Source: Candidatus Moranbacteria bacterium GW2011_GWC2_40_12 (GTDB lineage: Bacteria; Patescibacteriota; Minisyncoccia; Moranbacterales; UBA11712). Taken from it: a DNA stretch of 56,134 nt. The DNA is taken from positions 336,563-392,696 of the forward strand of contig LBYD01000002.1 of assembly GCA_000995965.1 (NCBI GenBank). Reading direction: 5' to 3'. This document shows, piece after piece, positions 16,432-25,187 of the stretch. Made by a program: the position numbers and the translations under genes. How positions within the stretch are numbered: position 1 is the first letter of the stretch; every line of letters begins with the position of its first letter. Under the pieces are notes generated by a model. It saw nothing but the letters and a program-made list of their open reading frames with translations, was not told where the DNA came from and did not search any database.

Positions 16432-18111
16432 ATGTCCAAAAAATATTGGGATTATTTCATTCTCGCAGTGATTGTCCTGCTTGCTGCCGCTGTCAGGCTG
16501 TACCACTTTTCAGACTGGCTTTATTTTGCCATGGATCAGGCGCGCGATGCGATGCTCATTCGCGAAGCGTACGATAACGGCATTTCAAATTTGCCCCTTC
16601 TGGGTCCCCGGGCGGCGGGGACATTTCTCCGGCTCGGGCCGATCTTCTATTATTTCCAATTTCTTTCGGCGAAAATTTTCAATTCGACTGATCCGGCGGT
16701 TCTTGCTTATCCGGATGTGTTTTTTTCCATCCTTTCCATTCCGCTTTTCTATTTTTTTCTTCGGATCTATTTCCAAAAAACATCTTCTCTCCTGGGGACG
16801 GCTATTTTTTCCGCCAGTTTTATTGCTATCCAATACGCGAGATTCGCCTGGAACCCGAATGCCATTCCTTTTTGGATTCTGCTCACTTTTTTTGCTCTGT
16901 TGAAATTCTCCCAGTCAAAAAGAGAAAAAGAAAAATACGCCTGGCTCTCTGCAATGGCAGTCGGATGGGGGGTGGCCAGCCAGCTTCACTTTTTGGTTTT
17001 TGTCGCTTTGCCGATTCTCATAATCATATCCCTCGCCTGGAACAGGAATTTCAAAAAAATGGGGTGGAAAGGGGCGGGTCTTGTCATTTTGATTCTCCTC
17101 ATTTTTTATATGCCGGTCATTTTGAGCGACTTGAAGACTGGCGGGGATAACGCGAAACAATTCATTTTTGCCCTCAAAAACAAGCCTCAGACGGAATATT
17201 CGATCTCGCAAAAATTTTTCCAAAACTTTATAAACCATGGGAACTACTATACCCTTTATCCGACTTCGTATATCAGCCGGACGGGGAAAATATCAATGCT
17301 TGCCGGTCTTGTTTTGATTTTTGCCACTCTTCTCAAAATATTTTGGGGGCTGAAAGAGGAAAAAGATGAAGAAAAAAAATCCTTTTTGCGGGTCGTCTAT
17401 GTTTGGTTTTTTGGTTTTTTCTTTCTTCTTATTCCGTTTGCGTTTCAGGTCCGCCCCCGTTTTTTCTTCCCGGTTTTTTTCCTGCCGTTTGTATTTTTCG
17501 CTTTTTGGTTTGATTGGGCATTGAAGTGGAAAAAGAAAAAGCATCTCGGGAAAGCGCTGGCGGCGATTGTTTTTCTGGGTGTTTTTTTTCTCAACTCGGA
17601 AGCGATCCGCACCTGGTATACAAGCCTTGCCAAAGAGAAGGATCCCGAGCCCTGGATGGGAAGGATGCTTGTTATCCAGCAGTTCCAAAATGTCACCGCA
17701 ACGCAACTTGAAAATCTGGCCGGCTATTTGCGGGAAAGAAGCGCGGACGAAGAAAAAATATTTGACCTTCATGGAAACATGACCTATCGGGTTCCGGTCC
17801 AATATTTTTTGGAAGCAGATCCGCCGGTTGACTACGGCCTCATTACAAAAAGCGACACGGATCCGTCAAAGCTCTATTTTGCCATGACTTCCGACAAAGA
17901 CGGCTATGATGCCGTTCCAGCGGATATCCGGTCCAAATTCAACCTGGTTGCCGCCCATTCTTTCAGTTATCGCCTGAAACTTTTTGAGATGGAGCTCAAA
18001 GCCATTCAGCCGGAATTCAAAAAAGAAAAGAAAACGGAAAGCAGTGAAGATGAACAGAAGACGCCCCGTCCCAGAAGAACAGAGAGGCTAAAGTGGGAAG
18101 AAATATTATAG
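16432..18111 (+). CDS. ArnT/PMT-like (GT39/GT83-type) membrane glycosyltransferase
   Basis: N-terminus AVIVLLAAAVRLYHFSDWLYFAMDQARD followed by more than 10 TM segments, which is the typical architecture of dolichyl/undecaprenyl-phosphate-sugar transferases. Confidence 0.65.
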   Translation: MSKKYWDYFILAVIVLLAAAVRLYHFSDWLYFAMDQARDAMLIREAYDNGISNLPLLGPRAAGTFLRLGPIFYYFQFLSAKIFNSTDPAVLAYPDVFFSILSIPLFYFFLRIYFQKTSSLLGTAIFSASFIAIQYARFAWNPNAIPFWILLTFFALLKFSQSKREKEKYAWLSAMAVGWGVASQLHFLVFVALPILIIISLAWNRNFKKMGWKGAGLVILILLIFYMPVILSDLKTGGDNAKQFIFALKNKPQTEYSISQKFFQNFINHGNYYTLYPTSYISRTGKISMLAGLVLIFATLLKIFWGLKEEKDEEKKSFLRVVYVWFFGFFFLLIPFAFQVRPRFFFPVFFLPFVFFAFWFDWALKWKKKKHLGKALAAIVFLGVFFLNSEAIRTWYTSLAKEKDPEPWMGRMLVIQQFQNVTATQLENLAGYLRERSADEEKIFDLHGNMTYRVPVQYFLEADPPVDYGLITKSDTDPSKLYFAMTSDKDGYDAVPADIRSKFNLVAAHSFSYRLKLFEMELKAIQPEFKKEKKTESSEDEQKTPRPRRTERLKWEEIL

Positions 18112-18120
18112 AATTTCATT

Positions 18121-18963
18121 ATGAATCCTGAAAAAAAATTCGAAAGCAACCCTTTTTTTCTGAAAGGCGACAATGGCATCGGGGTTTTGTTATTGCACGG
18201 CTGGACTTCTCCGCCAGACGAGCTCCGGCCGCTCGCGGAGCATCTCAATTCTTTCGGGTACACAGTTTCCGCCCCACTGCTTTTGGGTCATGGAACAAGG
18301 CCAGAAGACCTGGAGCATGTCAAATGGAAAGATTGGCTTTCCCAGAGCCGGGAGGAGCTTGAGAAACTGAAAGAACATTTATCCTTCGCCACAGGCGCGC
18401 TTTATAACGATACAAAAAAGGACAGGGTTTTCTATTCCGGAAAAGAACCCGTGGCGAAGGTCGAGAAAAAGATTTTTGTCGGCGGAATTTCTATGGGAGG
18501 AAACCTGGCTTTGATGGTTTCCGATGACAAATCGGTGGCCGGAATCTTCACTATGGGCGCGGCGATGCACTACAAATTGCATTACCTCGTGAAAGTGTGC
18601 CTTTTTTTCATGGGACTCACAAAAAAATACCGGAACAAATATTATCCGTTCTGGGTCCGAAAAAAAATGGGAGACCGCAAGGTATATTTGCGATATCCGA
18701 TTGAAAGCGCCAAAGAAGTCGTGCGCCTTTCCGATGCGACGCGGAAATTTTTGCCCCAGGTCACCAAACCTATTTTCATTATGCAATCAACATCCGACCA
18801 TATGGTCTCAAGAAACTCCCCGAAGATGATAACGAGTGGCGTGAAATCAAAAATCAAGGAAATATTCTGGATAGAAAATGCCTACCATGTTTTTGCAGGG
18901 AAAAAAGAGGTGTGGGAGAAAATTGAGAGTTTTATTGAAAGAATTGTGAATTGTGAATCTTGA
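18121..18963 (+). CDS. Alpha/beta-hydrolase carboxylesterase carrying an in-frame palindromic insertion
   Basis: VLLLHGWTSPPDELRPLAEHL, nucleophile elbow GGISMGG, C-terminal NAYHVF. Confidence 0.75.
   Translation: MNPEKKFESNPFFLKGDNGIGVLLLHGWTSPPDELRPLAEHLNSFGYTVSAPLLLGHGTRPEDLEHVKWKDWLSQSREELEKLKEHLSFATGALYNDTKKDRVFYSGKEPVAKVEKKIFVGGISMGGNLALMVSDDKSVAGIFTMGAAMHYKLHYLVKVCLFFMGLTKKYRNKYYPFWVRKKMGDRKVYLRYPIESAKEVVRLSDATRKFLPQVTKPIFIMQSTSDHMVSRNSPKMITSGVKSKIKEIFWIENAYHVFAGKKEVWEKIESFIERIVNCES
18383..18460 (+). repeat. 78-nt palindrome-bounded segment inside the esterase CDS
   Basis: Perfect 10-bp terminal inverted repeat ccttcgccac / gtggcgaagg. The length is 26 codons. It lies between the helix preceding the nucleophile strand and the GxSxG strand. 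Confidence 0.6.
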
Positions 18964-19083
18964 ATTGCGAATGGAAATATAGAATTTAAGAATATAGGAT
19001 TTTTTTTGTTGAGCAATCCGAGTAAATTCAATTTTCTGGATTCCTATTCTCAATTCCCAATTCTAAATTCATAATTCAAAAAA
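18938..19083. repeat. Stop-to-start word palindrome (GAATTG/CAATTC words)
   Basis: The 5' arm gaattgtgaattgtgaatcttgaattgcgaatgg... includes the esterase stop codon. The 3' arm ...attcctattctcaattcccaattctaaattcataattc ends 6 nt before the next ATG. Confidence 0.6.
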
Positions 19084-20256
19084 ATGCGGATAGCGTTTTT
19101 TACCAACAATTATCTTCCCAACCCCTTTGGTGTTTCAGGTTCCGTCGAGAGTTTCCGGAAAGAATTTGAAAATCTTGGACACGAGGTATTTGTATTTGCT
19201 CCGAAATGGCGGGGACACAAGGACGAGAATCAAAACGTTTTTCGCTATCCCGCGATTGAGACAAATATAAAAATAAAATTCCCGCTGGCATTTCCGCATT
19301 CCCTGAAGATTCGCGGGAAGCTCAAGCGTCTTCAAATTGACATTGTCCATTCCCAGCATCCCAATCTTCTCGGCAGTGCGGCGGCATATTGGGCAAAGAA
19401 AAAAAATGTTCCGCTGGTATTCACCTGGCATACGCTCTATGACCAATACGCCCATTTTGCGCCATTTGTGCCGGCAAAAATAGCCGCTTGGTGGACAATC
19501 AGAAACGCGAGAAATTATGCCAACCTGTGCGACGCAGTAATCACTCCTACGCCGTCAGTGGCAGATATAATCAAAAAGTGGGGCGTGGCAAATGAAAATA
19601 TCACGGCTATTCCGACAGGAGTGGAGGAAAAACAATTCGAAAATCCGGACAGGGAGTCCTTGAGAAAAAAATATAACATTAGAGATAATGAAATATTGCT
19701 TACTCTGATCTCGCGGCTTACCGCGGAAAAGAATGTTGGTTTTCTTCTCGATGCAGTGTTGGATATTTTACGAAATAATAAGTCCGTTAAATTCATGATT
19801 TGCGGAGACGGGAATCTCAAAAATAATTTGGAAAAAGTTGTTCGGGATAGCGGGCTCGCAGGGAGAGTGATATTTGTCGGCATTGTCTCCGGCGCCGAAA
19901 AGAAAAACTATTACGCCGCGGGGGATATTTTCGTCTATGCTTCGAAATCGGAAACGCAAGGGATGATTCTCACTGAAGCCATGTATTCCGGCCTTCCGAT
20001 TGTCGCGGTGCGGGCGACAGGAGTGCGGGATATTGTCGAAGACGGCAAAACAGGATTTTTGGTCCCGGAAAATAAGCAGGAATTTCAGGAGATGATTGAA
20101 AAATTGATCAGTGATCCAATTTTGAGAAAAGATTTTTCCGAAGAGGCGAAAAAAACGGCAAGAGAAAAATACACCGCGAAAATTTGCGCGAAAAAAATGC
20201 TGGAAGTTTATGAAAAAAGCCGAGCTTTGAAAAACTCCCGATTTATCGGGAGTTAA
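19084..20256 (+). CDS. GT4-family (GT-B) glycosyltransferase
   Basis: MRIAFFTNNYLPNPFGVSGSV..., the C-terminal motif ETQGMILTEAMYSGLPIVA and GFLV. The last ~14 codons are encoded by repeat copy C. Confidence 0.8.
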   Translation: MRIAFFTNNYLPNPFGVSGSVESFRKEFENLGHEVFVFAPKWRGHKDENQNVFRYPAIETNIKIKFPLAFPHSLKIRGKLKRLQIDIVHSQHPNLLGSAAAYWAKKKNVPLVFTWHTLYDQYAHFAPFVPAKIAAWWTIRNARNYANLCDAVITPTPSVADIIKKWGVANENITAIPTGVEEKQFENPDRESLRKKYNIRDNEILLTLISRLTAEKNVGFLLDAVLDILRNNKSVKFMICGDGNLKNNLEKVVRDSGLAGRVIFVGIVSGAEKKNYYAAGDIFVYASKSETQGMILTEAMYSGLPIVAVRATGVRDIVEDGKTGFLVPENKQEFQEMIEKLISDPILRKDFSEEAKKTAREKYTAKICAKKMLEVYEKSRALKNSRFIGS

Positions 20257-20272
20257 GAAAGGCTTGGCTTTG
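20215..20272 (-). repeat. AAAGC-hairpin element, copy C (composite, spans the GT4 stop codon)
   Basis: aaaagccgagctttg...ctcccgatttatcgggag...aaaggcttggctttg. It has the same terminal mini-hairpins in the opposite order. The centre is replaced by the CCGATTTATCGG hairpin also seen after the 16S gene. Confidence 0.6.
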
Positions 20273-20312
20273 AAAAAAAATATAACGTTTTCTAACCTTG
20301 AATTCGCAGGAT

Positions 20313-20873
20313 ATGAAAGTGCTTCCCCGTAAATTCTATTCCCGAAACACGATGAAAGTTGCCCGAGATCTTCTCGGCTGTTTTTTGATCCGCGAGTATC
20401 GGGGAAAAATTTGGCGGGCGATGATCACCGAAACAGAAGCCTACCGCGGCGAAGAAGATTTGGCGTGCCATGCTTCAAAGGGGAGAACGCCAAGGACGGA
20501 AGTGATGTATGATGAGCCAGGACATGCCTACGTCTATATGATCTACGGCATGTATCATTGCCTCAATATTGTCACCGAAAAAAAAGATTTCCCTGCGGCG
20601 GTTTTGATACGCGGCGCAAAAATTTTTGGACGTCGGACGTCTAAAGATGGGGGTCCGCCGGATGTCCATCTGGGCGGTCCAGGAAAACTCTGCCAATTCC
20701 TGAAAATCGATCGGAAACTCAATAAATGGGATCTGACGAAAGGCGAGAGGCTCTGGATCGAGCATCGAAATCCGAGAGCTAAGCTCTTGGCTATAAAAAA
20801 ATCAAAAAGAATCGGCGTTGACTACGCTCAGCACTGCCGGGAATATTTGTGGAGATTTAACCTAAAATTATAG
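20313..20873 (+). CDS. mpg: DNA-3-methyladenine glycosylase (Mpg/AAG family)
   Basis: LPRKFYSRNTMKVARDLLG, TEAYRGEEDLACHASKGRTPRTEVMY, PGHAYVYMIYGMYHCLNIV, GPGKL. Start placed at ATG 20313. Confidence 0.85.
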   Translation: MKVLPRKFYSRNTMKVARDLLGCFLIREYRGKIWRAMITETEAYRGEEDLACHASKGRTPRTEVMYDEPGHAYVYMIYGMYHCLNIVTEKKDFPAAVLIRGAKIFGRRTSKDGGPPDVHLGGPGKLCQFLKIDRKLNKWDLTKGERLWIEHRNPRAKLLAIKKSKRIGVDYAQHCREYLWRFNLKL

Positions 20874-20931
20874 CTATTATAAGGCTTATATAAGGTATAA
20901 TATCTCTATGTTTCATGAAACATTCCGACCA

Positions 20932-20960
20932 TTGACAGGAGTGTTTTATTTTGATATAAT
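20932..20960 (+). promoter_or_regulatory. Consensus sigma70-type promoter
   Basis: TTGACA (20932-20937), a 17-nt spacer, then TATAAT (20955-20960). Confidence 0.65.
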
Positions 20961-21259
20961 AACCCGTTGGAATGAAAAACCGGGATTTTGCGGCGAGAAT
21001 GATGGAGGGGAGAATTTCAAAGGCCAAAAATCGCCACGGGAATTATATACTAGTTCTTTGCAACTACCCCGTCGACGCTTACGGCTTGCGATCTTCTCTT
21101 CATCATTCTCTTCGTGAGAAGGGACCCGCCGACGCTAAAGCTTTGGCAGGGCAAGACTGCTCTTTGAGAAAATCTCAACTGCCGCAATGTGAAAATTATT
21201 TCTAGTTTTCATTTTTGGCAGTTGAATGAAATATTTCAAAAAAAGAAGAGGGAGATAAG
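20961..21259 (+). other. Roughly 300-nt structured leader or small RNA downstream of the consensus promoter
   Basis: Helices ttgcggc/gccgcaa and gagaatgatg/catcattctc. Two direct repeats, accccgtcgacgcttacggcttg and acccgccgacgctaaagctttg. The overlapping 77-aa ORF looks non-coding. Confidence 0.4.
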
Positions 21260-21748
21260 ATGAAAAAATTAGTTATTTTGGCCCTAGTCGCCGCCCTGTG
21301 CGGTCTGATGGTGGTTAATGCGGTGGCGCAGGCTGCGACGTATCGGTCTGACTTTATCAAGAGCCAGGCCAAGTGGTTTTCTGAGCAGTATCCGGACCGT
21401 CATGGCATTGCCATGCCCTTCGCCTGGGGAACTGGCAAGTTTCTGAAGGAAAGTGGAACTCCTCTTCCCATCGAATGGTATGCCTACTCGAATACGGACG
21501 GCAATATGATCTTCATCTTCGACTTCGTCATGCCCAAGGATGAGCTGGAGAAGATGCAGGTCCGGCGGGGTTGGGATGTATGCGTCCCGGAAGGCGACAA
21601 AAAAACCACTCTGATTGCCCTGGGCAACGGTTGGGCTTTAGGGGAAGATAAAATCATTGACAAAGGAGGAGTTATCCGCCAGGGAGTGGCTGAACTCAAT
21701 CTGATCAGATATTTCAAGGATCTTCGGATCCGAGAATATCTTGATTGA
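21260..21748 (+). CDS. Secreted hypothetical protein (GC-rich codon usage)
   Basis: Signal peptide MKKLVILALVAALCGLMVVNAVAQA. RBS gagggag lies upstream. Third codon positions are G/C-biased, unlike neighbouring genes. Confidence 0.65.
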   Translation: MKKLVILALVAALCGLMVVNAVAQAATYRSDFIKSQAKWFSEQYPDRHGIAMPFAWGTGKFLKESGTPLPIEWYAYSNTDGNMIFIFDFVMPKDELEKMQVRRGWDVCVPEGDKKTTLIALGNGWALGEDKIIDKGGVIRQGVAELNLIRYFKDLRIREYLD

Positions 21749-21758
21749 AGGAGGTAGT

Positions 21759-21941
21759 ATGGCAAAATATTTTTTTTGTATAGGCCTGGCGCAAATTGCC
21801 TACGCTGGCTATCGTGCCTTTTATCCTTTTCCTTGTTGGGGAGCGGCATGGGGATGGGCGGCTGCGATGATCGCGCTTCCGTCAGTTCTGTGGTTTCTGG
21901 TCTCTGGGCTGGCGCGTAACCGCCAGAAAGTAGCTCAATAA
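21759..21941 (+). CDS. Small two-TM membrane protein
   Basis: GGAGG lies 5 nt before ATG 21759. The sequence is MAKYFFCIGLAQIAYAGY...AAAMIALPSVLWFLVSGLARNRQKVAQ. Confidence 0.5.
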   Translation: MAKYFFCIGLAQIAYAGYRAFYPFPCWGAAWGWAAAMIALPSVLWFLVSGLARNRQKVAQ

Positions 21942-22003
21942 AATAGGAGCCTCGCAGACAACATTCGCGAGCGCTCAGGGCAGAGGTCCCAATTGACTCT
22001 GCC

Positions 22004-22098
22004 CCCTCATCCGAGTTCGCCAGCGCGTTATCGCTGTCTGGCGAATTCAGATGAGGGAAATATAAAACAGCCCGGTGCGAAACCCGCGGCTGTTTTTT
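22004..22098 (+). terminator. Long hairpin plus intrinsic terminator closing the GC-rich islet
   Basis: 20-nt arms ccctcatccgagttcgccag / ctggcgaattcagatgaggg, then acagcccgg...ccgcggctgt followed by TTTTTT. Confidence 0.6.
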
Positions 22099-22182
22099 GT
22101 TTTTATAAAATATTTGAGAAGTAGTATCTTTATATAAAATGCATCAATGCGCTAGCGTATTGATGCAAGGCATATCATTATA

Positions 22183-24267
22183 TTATTCCAGGTGGATTTC
22201 TTTATCAAACTTATCTAAAGCAATTTTGAGAACTGGAAATTGTTTTAGTTTCGGGTCAAATTCGAAAAGGGATTGAGCTTCAATCCGCGCTTGCTGAATG
22301 AGTTTCACGTCCGAAAGATGCTGCATGGCCGCGTCGGCGAGGCCGGATTGGCGCTTTCCGATGAATTGGCCCGGGCCGCGGATTTCAAGGTCTTTTTCGG
22401 CGAGCGCAAAACCATTTTCTGATTCAATAAGAGCTTTCAATCTTTTATTTGCATTCGCCGAAGCCGAATCGGTGAAAAGAAAACAATACGACTGGTGCTC
22501 GGAGCGTCCGACTCGTCCGCGGAATTGGTGGAGCTGGGCCAGGCCGAATCTTTCCGATCCCTCGATGACCATGATCGTGGAATTCGGGACATCCACGCCG
22601 ACTTCAACAACGGATGTGGAAACCAGAATATCAAATTCTTTATTTTTAAACTTGGCCATTATTTCCTCTTTATCTTTCGGCTTCATCCGGCCGTGAAGCA
22701 AGCCAATGCGCAAATTCAAAAATATCTTTTCGGAAAGATTTTTATGCTCCTCTGTTGCCGCTTTTCCGGAAATTTTTTCTGATTCTTCGATAAGGGGGAA
22801 GATAAAAAAGGCTTGCCGGCCTTTTTTTATTTCAGAGCGGATAAATTGATATATATTTTCTCGATTGGTCGGGGTGACTATTTCCGTAATAATTCTTTTT
22901 CGGCCTTTTGGGAGCTCATCAAGAATTGAAAGGTCTAAATTGCCAAAAAATGCGAGAGCCAGCGTGCGGGGAATGGGGGTAGCGGTCATAGACAGCAAAT
23001 GAGGCACGGAGCTCTTGAGATTATCCTTCAGGTTAGCGGCTGCTTTTTGGAGCCGGGCGCGCTGTTCAACTCCGAAACGGTGCTGTTCGTCAATGACAAC
23101 CAGAGCCAGATTCTTGAACTCGACAGATTTTTGAATGAGCGCGTGCGTGCCAATCAGAATTTTTATTTCTCCCCGCCGGATTTTCCCGAGGAAATTTTTT
23201 TTCGTGTTTTTTTTCCAGACCGTCCGGCATTGGCTCGCCGTCAAAATCCCGACTTTTTGGGAAAAATTTTTGAAGATTTCTTTGAAAGTCTCGAAGTGCT
23301 GGATGGCAAGCACTTCCGTTGGCGCCATGATGGCTGTTTGGTATCCGGCCATCATTGTTTCGAGAGCGGCAATCGCTGCCACAACTGTTTTTCCCGAGCC
23401 GACGTCGCCCTCGAGGAGCCGGTTCATTGGATGAGGCTTTTCAATATCTTTCAAAATCTGGAATGTTGATTTTCTTTGCGCGTCAGTGAGTTTGAAGGGG
23501 AGGGATTCAACGAAATCTTTGGCCAATTTTTCATCAAATTTGATTGAAACCGCTTGGCTGTTTTCCCAATCTTTCCGCGTCCGCACGCTGACAAGCTGAA
23601 TGAGAAACATTTCTTCAAAGGCCATCCTTTTTTGGGCGGCTTTTATTTTTTCGAAGCTATCCGGAAAGTGCAGTTGCTCAATTGCTTCCCGCGCGCCGAT
23701 CAGTTTTTGCCTTTTGAGAATCGCGTTGGGAACCACTTCCGCAATTTCAGGCGAGTATTTTTTGAGAAGCTGGCTTATTTTCCAGCGGATCCATTTTGAA
23801 GTGACGCCGCGAGTTTCCGGGTAAACCGGGACAATCCGGCCGGTGTTTGTGGGCGCCCGTCTCGCGTTTTCATAGGCGGGACTTGAAAAATACAGCCCCT
23901 TTTTATCCCAATTCACTTTTCCGCTGATTCTCACGAGCGAATCTTTCTTGATATTTTGGATGATATAGGGCTGATTGAACCAGATCACCCGCACGGAGCC
24001 GCTCTTATCCTCGACAATGGCTTCAGTAATTGCCATTCTTCTTTTCCAGGCATGAATATTTCGGATTTCGGAGATTTTTCCTTCAGCGGTCGCGGTTTCG
24101 CCTTCTTTTATTTCGGCAATTTTCGTTATTCGGGAAAAGTCGTCGTAGCGGTGCGGGAAAAAATGCAAAAAATCCCGGACAGTCTTGGTCCCGAGCTGCT
24201 CGAGTTTTTTCAGATATTTTTTTTCAATGAAAGAGATTTGCGCGAGTGGTATTTCAAGATTAGGCAT
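22183..24267 (-). CDS. recG: ATP-dependent DNA helicase RecG
   Basis: Wedge/OB-fold N-terminus, motif I GDVGSGKT, DEQHRFGV, TATPIPRT, QLHQFRGRVGR. The start was moved to MPNLEIPL because the track ORF runs through the tRNA. Confidence 0.9.
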   Translation of the reverse strand: MPNLEIPLAQISFIEKKYLKKLEQLGTKTVRDFLHFFPHRYDDFSRITKIAEIKEGETATAEGKISEIRNIHAWKRRMAITEAIVEDKSGSVRVIWFNQPYIIQNIKKDSLVRISGKVNWDKKGLYFSSPAYENARRAPTNTGRIVPVYPETRGVTSKWIRWKISQLLKKYSPEIAEVVPNAILKRQKLIGAREAIEQLHFPDSFEKIKAAQKRMAFEEMFLIQLVSVRTRKDWENSQAVSIKFDEKLAKDFVESLPFKLTDAQRKSTFQILKDIEKPHPMNRLLEGDVGSGKTVVAAIAALETMMAGYQTAIMAPTEVLAIQHFETFKEIFKNFSQKVGILTASQCRTVWKKNTKKNFLGKIRRGEIKILIGTHALIQKSVEFKNLALVVIDEQHRFGVEQRARLQKAAANLKDNLKSSVPHLLSMTATPIPRTLALAFFGNLDLSILDELPKGRKRIITEIVTPTNRENIYQFIRSEIKKGRQAFFIFPLIEESEKISGKAATEEHKNLSEKIFLNLRIGLLHGRMKPKDKEEIMAKFKNKEFDILVSTSVVEVGVDVPNSTIMVIEGSERFGLAQLHQFRGRVGRSEHQSYCFLFTDSASANANKRLKALIESENGFALAEKDLEIRGPGQFIGKRQSGLADAAMQHLSDVKLIQQARIEAQSLFEFDPKLKQFPVLKIALDKFDKEIHLE

Positions 24268-24268
24268 T

Positions 24269-24342
24269 TGCGCTCGACAGGATTCGAACCTGTGACCTCT
24301 GGCTCCGCAAGCCAACGCTCTATCCAACTGAGCTACGAGCGC
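24269..24342 (-). tRNA. tRNA-Arg (anticodon GCG)
   Basis: The reverse complement is GCGCTCGTAGCTCAGTTGGATAGAGCGTTGGCTTGCGGAGCCAGAGGTCACAGGTTCGAATCCTGTCGAGCGCA, with anticodon loop TTGCGGA. It ends 1 nt before the recG start codon. Confidence 0.85.
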
Positions 24343-24519
24343 GTAAATTTTTCAAGCTCTCCGACTGCCGGCAGGCAGGCGCAAGCCTATGTTCCCCGCC
24401 CGACTCGCTTCTCGACTCGAAGCGGGCGAATATCCGTTGAACTTCAGGGACATGTCCGCTGTTTTCCCCGCGACAAAATGCGAAGATTTTTATATTTCAG
24501 GGTGGGGCAAAGGATATTC

Positions 24520-25047
24520 TTATAATCCAATTATTCTTTCAAGCCGGTCAAGAGCCGAGAGCTCCTGCTTTATCTCAGGGAGATATTGCAGAAGAGCTTC
24601 GCGGATTTTGATAGGATTGGCGTTTCCGACCGGAATATGAATATAGGGAAGAAAAGTTTTTTTGCTGTGGAGGCTCAAAATTCGAATTTCCTCCTCGACT
24701 TCGTAAAAAATCCAGAAGCTGCGGATGTTGTCATAATCATAAAAATAATTATCCACCTGGATACCGTCAGGATTGATTTTCATCTGGATGATTCGGGGCT
24801 TCCGCTCGGCATAAATATATCCCAGCATTCCGATCAGAATAAAGGTGATAGCCATCAGGATTGAATTGGTGATAAGCGCATAGACAATGATGGCAAGCAA
24901 AACTATCCCCATCACCCAATACCAATGCGGGTGCTTTTCAGCATGTTCGTATTCCGGCGCTTGCCAGGAAAATACCGGTTCGTCTTCTTCGGCGGGTGAT
25001 GGCGGAAAGTGTCTTGCCAATTTTCTGGATCGGGTTCTTTCGTTCAT
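24520..25047 (-). CDS. Hypothetical membrane protein (two TM segments, then a soluble C-terminal domain)
   Basis: Start placed at MNERTRS. The track ORF is extended by read-through of tRNA-Ser. Contains WQAPEYEHAEKHPHWYW followed by two TM helices. Confidence 0.6.
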   Translation of the reverse strand: MNERTRSRKLARHFPPSPAEEDEPVFSWQAPEYEHAEKHPHWYWVMGIVLLAIIVYALITNSILMAITFILIGMLGYIYAERKPRIIQMKINPDGIQVDNYFYDYDNIRSFWIFYEVEEEIRILSLHSKKTFLPYIHIPVGNANPIKIREALLQYLPEIKQELSALDRLERIIGL

Positions 25048-25073
25048 TTTTTTGTTGTTAAAATTCTGAAACT

Positions 25074-25164
25074 TGGCGGTGAGGGTGGGATTCGAACCCA
25101 CGTGCCCCTTGCGGAGCAAGCAGTTTTCAAGACTGCCCCGTTACGACCACTTCGGTACCTCACC
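25074..25164 (-). tRNA. tRNA-Ser (anticodon UGA), CCA encoded
   Basis: The reverse complement is GGTGAGGTACCGAAGTGG...GCAGTCTTGAAAACTGC..., followed by a long variable arm, then GGGTTCGAATCCCACCCTCACCGCCA. Confidence 0.85.
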
Positions 25165-25187
25165 CTCTCTATATTTTCCATTTGATG

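Noticed and set aside
20640-20690. Possible palindromic insertion in mpg (tggacgtcggacg...cgccggatgtcca)
   Set aside because: The inverted repeat is imperfect. The encoded segment (RRTSKDGGPPDVHLGGPGKL) lies where Mpg proteins normally have a variable loop before GPGKL, so no clear extra length can be shown.
20972-21205. 77-aa ORF in the leader downstream of the consensus promoter
   Set aside because: There is no RBS. The sequence is dominated by the paired segments and direct repeats, and the amino-acid composition is odd. It was treated as non-coding structured RNA, but conservation should be checked.
24268-24327. N-terminal extension of recG (MDRALACGARGHRFESCRAQ...). A similar extension occurs at 25048-25119 on the next ORF.
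   Set aside because: These residues are the antisense translation of tRNA-Arg and tRNA-Ser. The true starts are the internal Met codons at 24267 and 25047.
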